From assembly GCA_902790465.1 (NCBI GenBank), contig CADASF010000005.1, forward strand, positions 148,622 to 212,621: DNA of 64,000 nt. Reading direction: 5' to 3'. Made by a program: the position numbers and the translations under genes. Positions 38,448 to 45,263 of the stretch are shown here, piece after piece (position 1 is the stretch's first letter; every line of letters starts with the position of its first letter). The stretch comes from an uncultured bacterium. Its GTDB lineage: Bacteria; Vulcanimicrobiota; CADAWZ01. The notes below the pieces were generated by a model. That model was not told the origin of the DNA and searched no databases. It was given only the letters and a program-made list of their open reading frames with translations.

Positions 38448-40922
38448 CTATTTTTTTGAAGATTTTCTGACTCTTTTTTTAGGAGCAGGTTTTTCTTCTT
38501 CAGTTTTTTCTACTTTTGTAGCTTTTAATTCTTCTACTCTTTTTCTTGTTGCTTCAGCTCTTTTAGAACGAACTTTTTTAACTTCTTCAATTTTGGGCTT
38601 TTCTACCTTTGGAATTTCAATTTTTACTTCTTCAACTTTCGCTTCTTCTTTTTTGACTTCCTCAACTTTTATTTCTTCTTTAGGTTCTTCAACTACTGGC
38701 TCAGGTACTGGCTCGGGTTCTGGAAGTTCTATTGCAAAGTACAAAGCACCAAGTGGTGGAAGTGTCAAGTCGATAGAATATGGCATTTCATGCATTGGCT
38801 CTGGCTCTGCATATACTCCGCCTAAATTTCCATAATTATAACCGCCATATATTGCAGAATCGGAATTTAAGATTTCTCTGTAGAATCCTTCTGCAGGAAC
38901 TCCTATTTTGTAGTGTCTTCTCAAAACAGGAGTAAAATTAAATACGCCTATTATGAGCTTTCTGCCTGTTTCATCTTTTCTGATGAATGAGACAACACTG
39001 TTATTTGAATCCTTGAAATCGATCCACTGGAAGCCCTTACTGTCAAAGTCAATTTGATATAATGCTGGATTTTCTCTATATACATGAAGCAGATCTTTTG
39101 TGAATCTGCTTATTTGGCTGAATGGTTCATAATTCAATAAGTGCCAATCTATGCTTTTGTCATGATTCCATTCTGCTGGCTGTCCAAAATCGCTTCCTTG
39201 GAATAAAAGTTTTTTACCAGGGTGTGCAAACATATATGCAAATAACAATTTTAGATTTGCAACTTTTTGATCATCTGGACCAGGCATTTTGTTTATGAGA
39301 GAACCCTTTCCATGTACTATTTCATCATGTGAAAGTGGAAGCACAAATTTTTCAGAAAAAGCATACATCAATGAGAATGTTATTGCAGATTGGTTATATT
39401 TTCTGTAAAGTGGATCTGTTGACATATATCTGAGCATGTCATTCATCCAGCCCATATTCCATTTGTAGCTAAATCCAAGACCTCCCATATATACAGGGGC
39501 TGATACCAAAGGCCAAGCAGTTGATTCTTCTGCAGTCATCATGACTTCTGGGTAATATTTACCAATAACAGTATTTAGCTGTTTTAAGAAATCGACAGCA
39601 TCTAAATTTTCATGACCACCGTATTTATTTGGAATCCACTGACCAGGTTTTCTTGAATAATCCAAATATAACATCGAAGCTACTGCATCGATTCTTAAAC
39701 CGTCTGCATGGTATTTGTCAAACCAAAATAGAGCATTTGAAATCAAGAAGTTTCTAACTTCATTTCTTCCGAAGTTGAAAATAAGTGTTCCCCAGTCCAT
39801 GTGTTCACCTTGTCTTGGATCTTGGTGTTCATAAAGACATGTTCCGTCATATCTTGCAAGTGAATACATATCTTTTGGGAAATGTGCTGGAACCCAATCG
39901 AGAATTACAGAAATTCCATTTTGGTGGCATATGTCAATCAAATACATGAATTGATCTGGAGTGCCAAATCTGCTTGTTGGTGCATAGTAACCTGTTACTT
40001 GGTAGCCCCATGAACCTGAAAATGGATGCTCTGCTACAGGAAGAAGCTCTATGTGAGTATATCCCATTTCTTTTACATATTTTACAAGATTGTTTGCAAG
40101 ATCGACATAATTTAACATTTCGTTTTTGCCGTCTGCTGTTCTCATCCAAGAACCGAGATGTACTTCATAAATGGACATTGGCTCATTTCTGTAGTTACGT
40201 TTTTTGCGTTCTTCCATCCATTCGCTATCATTCCATTTGTATTTATCTATGTCATACACATAAGAAGCAGTGTTTGGAACTTTTTCTGTTCTAAATGCAA
40301 ATGGATCCATTTTTAGGATATTCTGTCTATATTGTGTATATATTTCGTATTTGTAGAGGTCGCCATCGAGGATTTCAGGGATGAATAGCTCCCATATTCC
40401 TGAAGAGCCTCTCAAACGCATAGTATGTACTCTTCCATCCCATCTGTTAAAGTCGCCTACGACACTAACTCTTCTTGCTGTTGGAGCCCATACTGCAAAA
40501 ACAGTTCCTTTTACTCCCTCTTTTTCTACAATGTGAGCTCCAAGTGAGTTATATGCAAAATTTAGATTGCTTCTATTATATAAATACAAATCTTCTTCAG
40601 ATAGTATTGGAAGGAATGAATATGTATCATATTCTTCTGTTTCATTGCCATTTGAATCTATTTTTATCAATTTGTATTTGAAATTTTCAGTTTTATCATC
40701 AAGTATTATTTCAAAAAATCCGCTTTTGTGAAGTTTTTGCATTTCGTATCTTGAATTGTCTGATAAATCTTTTACAAAAATTGCTTCTGCATAAGGATCA
40801 TAACAGCGGATTGCGATTTTTCCGTCTTCTTCAACATGTAATCCCAATACTGAAAATGGGTCTGTTGTATCTGAGTAGATAACGCTGTACATCTGCTCAG
40901 GTGTAAGTGATTTTTCTATCAT
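38448..40922 (-). CDS. glgB: 1,4-alpha-glucan branching enzyme with ~110-aa Lys/Glu/Pro/Val-rich C-terminal tail
   Basis: It has GH13 catalytic blocks (GLRIDAVASMLY; the region around HDEIVHGK) and a GlgB N-terminal CBM48-like region. The tail is PEPEPVPEPVVEEPKEEIKVEEVKKEEAKVEEVK... Confidence 0.9.
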   Translation of the reverse strand: MIEKSLTPEQMYSVIYSDTTDPFSVLGLHVEEDGKIAIRCYDPYAEAIFVKDLSDNSRYEMQKLHKSGFFEIILDDKTENFKYKLIKIDSNGNETEEYDTYSFLPILSEEDLYLYNRSNLNFAYNSLGAHIVEKEGVKGTVFAVWAPTARRVSVVGDFNRWDGRVHTMRLRGSSGIWELFIPEILDGDLYKYEIYTQYRQNILKMDPFAFRTEKVPNTASYVYDIDKYKWNDSEWMEERKKRNYRNEPMSIYEVHLGSWMRTADGKNEMLNYVDLANNLVKYVKEMGYTHIELLPVAEHPFSGSWGYQVTGYYAPTSRFGTPDQFMYLIDICHQNGISVILDWVPAHFPKDMYSLARYDGTCLYEHQDPRQGEHMDWGTLIFNFGRNEVRNFLISNALFWFDKYHADGLRIDAVASMLYLDYSRKPGQWIPNKYGGHENLDAVDFLKQLNTVIGKYYPEVMMTAEESTAWPLVSAPVYMGGLGFSYKWNMGWMNDMLRYMSTDPLYRKYNQSAITFSLMYAFSEKFVLPLSHDEIVHGKGSLINKMPGPDDQKVANLKLLFAYMFAHPGKKLLFQGSDFGQPAEWNHDKSIDWHLLNYEPFSQISRFTKDLLHVYRENPALYQIDFDSKGFQWIDFKDSNNSVVSFIRKDETGRKLIIGVFNFTPVLRRHYKIGVPAEGFYREILNSDSAIYGGYNYGNLGGVYAEPEPMHEMPYSIDLTLPPLGALYFAIELPEPEPVPEPVVEEPKEEIKVEEVKKEEAKVEEVKIEIPKVEKPKIEEVKKVRSKRAEATRKRVEELKATKVEKTEEEKPAPKKRVRKSSKK

Positions 40923-41043
40923 ACAATCTCCTTATATCTCTTTTATATAATAGTTTAATATTATAATTTGTTATGTTATTTTATAATTCCTGTATAATAT
41001 AAGATAAATTATCTCTATAGGCTATGTGTATTTTGTAAAAAAG

Positions 41044-41103
41044 CCTGTAAGAAAGGGAAAATTTTGTAAAATAAGAAATAATATATAAAAAAATAAAAAA
41101 CAT
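41044..41103 (+). repeat. Duplicated ~55-nt upstream segment (copy 1) ahead of paralog gene 41210
   Basis: GAAAGGGAAAATTTTGTAAAATAAGAAATAATATATAAAAAAATAAAAAACATG is repeated at 42817..42870. Confidence 0.85.
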
Positions 41104-41209
41104 GGGGCTGTGAAAAAAGTATTTTTTTATATAATTTTAGTAAATTAACTCGTTGTGCTAGTTATTTTTATTTATTACTTATTAAAATGATATAGCTGAG
41201 TAGAGACAT

Positions 41210-41809
41210 ATGACTACAATACAAGAAGCAAAAATTGGTGATTATGTAAAATTTGGTAGTTATCCACAGAGTGCAAAAGGTATAGTTCGACCTATTGAAT
41301 GGTTGGTTTTATCAAAAGAAGAAAATAAAATGTTGTTAATATCTCGTTATGGTCTTGAAGCAAGGTATTTTATTAAAGCAAAGTGTTTTGACAGTAATTC
41401 AAATGATTGGAAAAATAGTGAAATTCGCAAGTGGTTGAATGGTGAGTTTTACAATAAAGCCTTTGATGAAAATGAGAAAACAAATATAAATCCTTTTGAT
41501 GGTGATAATTTATTTTTGTTGAGTAAGGAAGAAGTAGAAAAATATTTTGTTAATGCTAAAGAAAGAAAATGTAAAGCTACTAAACATGCTGTGAAAAATT
41601 GTGCTTTGATTGATAATGGTTGCAATTATTGGTGGCTTCCTAAGACTTTGGTTAATGATAATAATGGTTGTAGCTCTTGGTGGCTTCGCTCTCCTCGTCC
41701 TAATATTAGTAATATTGTCTATAATGTAGATAGTGTAGGTTCTATCGTATGTAGCCGTGTTGATGATAGTTATAATTTTGTGAGACCCGCTTTATGGATA
41801 AAACTATAG
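41210..41809 (+). CDS. Uncharacterised conserved-domain protein (GRYPQ...WWLRSP...RPALWI family), paralog 1
   Basis: It shares GSYPQ, EWLVLS, RKWLNGEFYN, WWLRSPRPN and VRPALWIKL with the C-terminal domain of the 42953 gene. It has no signal peptide. Confidence 0.55.
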   Translation: MTTIQEAKIGDYVKFGSYPQSAKGIVRPIEWLVLSKEENKMLLISRYGLEARYFIKAKCFDSNSNDWKNSEIRKWLNGEFYNKAFDENEKTNINPFDGDNLFLLSKEEVEKYFVNAKERKCKATKHAVKNCALIDNGCNYWWLPKTLVNDNNGCSSWWLRSPRPNISNIVYNVDSVGSIVCSRVDDSYNFVRPALWIKL

Positions 41810-41910
41810 TTCTTTTTGTGAATAAATAGATAATAGCGTGTGAAGAAAATCATTCTCCGCACGCTATTTTTTGATATTTACAATTTTTGTTTAGGGAGCA
41901 TTTAGGTAAT

Positions 41911-42237
41911 CTACAGTTGTGCCAAATAAAATTCGTGTTTCTCTTGTGGAATTTTTAAAGCATTCATTGCATTTTCTGCAGTTATATTCATAGTCTCCAT
42001 TAACGATCTTATGTTATTGATAACAGCCTCTGCCATTCCTTCAAATTTTCCCTGTTTCTGTGCTTGTTTAGCTTGCGTTTCCGCTTGTTTTCTTGCTTTT
42101 TCTTCAGCTTTCTGTGCTTGTTTAGCTTGCTTTTCGGCTTCTTTTCTTGCTTTCTCGATTTCTCTTATTTTAGCTTCTGCTTCTTTCATTGCTTCTTCTT
42201 TAGCTTTTTGTATTTCTTTCTCAAAAAAGTCGAGCAT
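41911..42237 (-). CDS. Small Lys/Glu/Ala/Gln-rich coiled-coil protein with internal tandem repeat
   Basis: The start was reassigned to MLDFFEKEIQ, which has an AAGGAGGG RBS (reverse strand). It contains a repeated KQAETQAKQAQK unit encoded by a ~45-nt tandem DNA repeat. Confidence 0.4.
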   Translation of the reverse strand: MLDFFEKEIQKAKEEAMKEAEAKIREIEKARKEAEKQAKQAQKAEEKARKQAETQAKQAQKQGKFEGMAEAVINNIRSLMETMNITAENAMNALKIPQEKHEFYLAQL

Positions 42238-42502
42238 AAATGTTTCTCCCTCCTTTGTTTCTTTTAAATATTTTACAGGTTCTCTCAATTCGCTCTTTCA
42301 AGTTCTGCTCCTGCACAAACTCTTCCTTTAATTATATGTGAATAAAGGTAAAGAATCAATAAAATTTATAATATTATTTCTAATAATTCAAAAGTCAAAA
42401 AATTGACTTGTGTTATGTAAATTTAACTCGTTGTGTTAGTTAATAAAAGTAAATAAAAATTTGCTCTAAACTATCCAATATATGCCTGTATACTGCCACT
42501 TT

Positions 42503-42672
42503 GTCATTGCGAGGCTTTAGCCGTGGCAATCTAAGCCTGTAAATTATAAATTTACTTAAAAATTGAGTCGATCGTCTGTATTTGGAATATTGTCCTCAAT
42601 CTACTTAATAAATTACTAAATTTAAATTAAGCGTTTGAGATTGCCACGGTCGCACAGCTCCCTCGCAATGAC
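42503..42672. other. Long-range inverted repeat / candidate structured ncRNA: two perfect 12-bp helices enclosing ~105 nt
   Basis: GTCATTGCGAGG (42503-14) pairs with CCTCGCAATGAC (42661-72). CCGTGGCAATCT (42521-32) pairs with AGATTGCCACGG (42638-49). A small internal loop lies between the helices and there is an AT-rich interior hairpin (ATTGAG...CTCAAT). No ORF lies inside. Confidence 0.4.
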
Positions 42673-42784
42673 ATCGCTTCTAAATAGTGGCTATTTTGGT
42701 TACGGAAATCAATTTTTGTTATTGATTTTGCTGTTAAATAATTTTCAAAAATACGATACAATGTTAATATTTTTTATTTTGTAG

Positions 42785-42870
42785 CTGTAAGCCAATGCGT
42801 GAACGATAACTTTTTAGAAAAGGGAAAATTTTGTAAAATAAGAAATAATATATAAAAAATAAAAAACATG
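42785..42870 (+). repeat. Duplicated upstream segment (copy 2, with a 26-nt insertion) ahead of paralog gene 42953
   Basis: CTGTAAG-[CCAATGCGTGAACGATAACTTTTTAG]-AAAAGGGAAAATTTTGTAAAATAAGAAATAATATATAAAAAATAAAAAACATG. Confidence 0.85.
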
Positions 42871-42940
42871 TTATGAGGTGTGTAAGTTATGAAATAACTT
42901 ACACACCTCATAACCCAGTTAATCTACCAAATTAACTGGG
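42870..42940 (+). promoter_or_regulatory. Two consecutive hairpins in the 5' leader of gene 42953: a perfect 21-bp-arm palindrome (42870-42914) and a 9-bp-arm hairpin (42915-42939) just upstream of the RBS
   Basis: GTTATGAGGTGTGTAAGTTAT-gaa-ATAACTTACACACCTCATAAC is followed by CCAGTTAAT-ctaccaa-ATTAACTGG. AGGAGA lies at 42943 and ATG at 42953. Confidence 0.6.
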
Positions 42941-42952
42941 TTAGGAGAGATC

Positions 42953-44059
42953 ATGACGAAGAAATTTTTATTTCTTACACTATGCCTTTTTATCCTCGGC
43001 ACATTCATTTCAGCCTGTGGCGGAAGTGGCAAAACAACTCCACCAGACAACTCTGCATATTACTATTTATTGGCTCAACAGAATAACAACAATCAGCAAG
43101 ATAATAATCAAGAACAAAATAATCAAGAACAAAATAATCAAGAACAAAATAACCAAGAACAAAATAATCAAGAACAAAATAACAACGAACAACAAGTCGA
43201 TCCAGCTTTGCCAAGTCTTGAAGTTAATCCAAAAGAAATTTATGTAGTGGTTGATGAGGAAGATAATATAGTAGTTACACTTGAAGGAAAAGTTGTAACA
43301 GAAGATGTTACTTACAAATCTGATGATGAATCGATCGCAACAGTTGATAAAGGAACAGTAAAGGGCTTAAGAGTTGGTACTACTAATATAACAGTATCTC
43401 TTGAAGGTGCAAACAGTGCAGTTTTTGAAGTAAATATTGTAGAAAATCCATTTAAAGAAGCCCAAAAAGGTGATGAAGTGGAATTTGGTCGTTATCCTCA
43501 GACCGCAGAAGGTGAAGTTCAACCTATAAAATGGCTTGTATTGTCAAGAGATGACGAAAATAAACAATTATTGGCAATTTCAGTTGATGGTCTTGATGCA
43601 CTTCGTTTTGATGATGATTCAGATGGTAGTACAACAAATGTTTGGGAAAAGAGTGTAATTCGTGGTTGGTTGAATGGCGATGGTTTTTATAATAGAGTTT
43701 TAGAAGATGAAACAGCAGTATTTACTGATGGTGAGAAAAGTTTAATAAAGCCAGTAGTTCTTGCAGATGTATATATGACAGAGCCAGATAATGTATTTTT
43801 GTTGAGTAAGAAAGAGGCAGAGGATTATTTTGCCGATGATTCTGCTCGAATGTGTAAAGCAACCGAATATGCAAAGGCAGATGGTGCTAGGATATCAACA
43901 TCTGGAAGTTATGCAGGTAATTGTTCTTGGTGGCTTCGTTCTCCTAGTCCTAATTTTACTAATCGTGTCTATTATGTTGTTGGTGATGGTGCTAATCTCT
44001 TCGACAATGTTGATAATACCAATAATTCAGTTCGGCCCGCTTTATGGATCAATCTTTAA
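42953..44059 (+). CDS. Lipoprotein with N/Q/E-rich linker, a bacterial Ig-like group 2 domain and a C-terminal uncharacterised conserved domain (paralog 2)
   Basis: It has a lipobox (FISACGGSG) and five (NNQEQ) repeats. A Big_2-like block (SIATVDKGTVKGLRVGTTNITV) is followed by a C-terminal FGRYPQ/KWLVLS/WWLRSPSPN/VRPALWINL domain. AGGAGA RBS. Confidence 0.6.
   Translation: MTKKFLFLTLCLFILGTFISACGGSGKTTPPDNSAYYYLLAQQNNNNQQDNNQEQNNQEQNNQEQNNQEQNNQEQNNNEQQVDPALPSLEVNPKEIYVVVDEEDNIVVTLEGKVVTEDVTYKSDDESIATVDKGTVKGLRVGTTNITVSLEGANSAVFEVNIVENPFKEAQKGDEVEFGRYPQTAEGEVQPIKWLVLSRDDENKQLLAISVDGLDALRFDDDSDGSTTNVWEKSVIRGWLNGDGFYNRVLEDETAVFTDGEKSLIKPVVLADVYMTEPDNVFLLSKKEAEDYFADDSARMCKATEYAKADGARISTSGSYAGNCSWWLRSPSPNFTNRVYYVVGDGANLFDNVDNTNNSVRPALWINL
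43104..43195 (+). repeat. Coding 15-nt tandem repeat (AATAATCAAGAACAA, about 5-6 copies) encoding (NNQEQ)n in the lipoprotein linker
   Basis: Direct reading of 43090-43200. Confidence 0.9.
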
Positions 44060-44097
44060 TCAAAAAAATATAGATTAGAACTTGAAGAAATGCAATA

Positions 44098-44137
44098 AAA
44101 AGACTCGGTACTAAATTAGCACCGAGTCTTTTGGTTT
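44098..44137 (+). terminator. Rho-independent terminator after the 42953 gene
   Basis: AGACTCGGT-actaaattagc-ACCGAGTCT is followed by TTTTGGTTT. Confidence 0.75.
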
Positions 44138-44179
44138 GAGGCTAAGGTCTGATTCCATATGGATCACCTCTTTTTCACT

Positions 44180-44761
44180 TTAGAATCCGAAAAAGCTACC
44201 TATTTTTTTGAAAATAGATTTTGCACCATTTACTACTTTGCCACCTACTTTTTCTATAACTCCGCTGGCTACTTTTCCTACAACTCCACCTGCTAAATTT
44301 CCAACTATACCACCGATAGGACCACCTATTGCTCCGCCAATTACTGTTCCTATGCCTTTACCTACTGCTGTTCCAGCTTCGCCACTGATTTTTCCTAATA
44401 TGCCTTTACTTTTTTCTGATTTTTTTGCTTCTTTTGTTTTGTCAGTATGTACTTCATTTGCTTTGTTTTCTTTAACCGCAGGAGCTATATTTTTGTTTGC
44501 TTCAAATTGTGGAAATGCTGGCATTTGTTGCATTGCTCCAACTCCATTTATTCTCCAAGCCTGTCCACCCATTTGTTGAATCATTTGCATTGTCTGCATT
44601 TGCATCATAATTTGTTGCATTTGTATCATCATTTGTTGCATTTGCATATACTGCATATTTCCAAAACCGTAGTTGTAATTGTAGTTCATTCCGTAATTGG
44701 AATTTCCATTATAAAAATTGCTGTAGTACATTACATTTGAATATATAATTTGGTTATTCAT
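44180..44761 (-). CDS. Hypothetical protein: N/Y-rich then M/Q-rich low-complexity N-terminus, with a C-terminal glycine-zipper segment
   Basis: It has a GGAGG RBS (reverse strand). NFYNGNSNYGMNYNYNYGFG is followed by MQYMQMQQMMIQMQQ. The C-terminal zipper reads GKGIGTVIGGAIGGPIGGIVGNLAGGVVGKV. Confidence 0.5.
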   Translation of the reverse strand: MNNQIIYSNVMYYSNFYNGNSNYGMNYNYNYGFGNMQYMQMQQMMIQMQQIMMQMQTMQMIQQMGGQAWRINGVGAMQQMPAFPQFEANKNIAPAVKENKANEVHTDKTKEAKKSEKSKGILGKISGEAGTAVGKGIGTVIGGAIGGPIGGIVGNLAGGVVGKVASGVIEKVGGKVVNGAKSIFKKIGSFFGF

Positions 44762-45212
44762 AATCTTAAACCTCCAAAAAAAATATTTATTTTCTTGTTT
44801 TTTATATCACTTAAAATTTCAATTAGTAAATAGGTTTAGTGAATAATTTATGCTCTATTTCACGATTGCAATAAATTAAATAATGATTTTTTTCACAAAT
44901 GTAATATTTAATAATTTTTATTATATTTTGATATATTTTTGAAATATTTATTAATAATTTTTCTGTAAATTCTATTTTTATTAAGTCAGAAATTAAACAA
45001 TTTGTCTGTGAAATAGAAATAATTATTTGATTACAGAATTAATTAAAAATAATGGATGATTCTCACAGAATGACAATAGATGCTCACAAAACAAAATATT
45101 TTTTTATTCCAAAAATTTATCAAGATATTTCTGGAAACATAAACAAAGGGGCAAGAAATAATAAATTGGTATGTAATCCAATGCGTGAAAGATGATAAAA
45201 AGACAACATAAA

Positions 45213-45253
45213 AAGGCTCGGTACTTAGTTAATAGCACCGAGCCTTTTAGTTT
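45213..45253. terminator. Bidirectional terminator downstream of the PKS-like gene (similar in sequence to the 44098 terminator)
   Basis: AAGGCTCGGT-acttagttaatagc-ACCGAGCCTT is followed by TTTAGTTT. On the reverse strand a T-run follows. Confidence 0.7.
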
Positions 45254-45263
45254 ACTCACACAT

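Noticed and set aside
41911-42331. + strand ORFs 42011..42331 and 42064..42267 overlapping the small coiled-coil gene
   Set aside because: They are products of the ~45-nt tandem repeat. Their translations are poly-Phe/Ser/Cys low complexity. The reverse-strand frame has a strong RBS and a coherent coiled-coil sequence.
42494-42691. Retron msr/msd or integron attC interpretation of the long inverted repeat
   Set aside because: There is no reverse transcriptase or integrase gene nearby. There are no attC-like core sites (GTTRRRY) and no cassette organisation.
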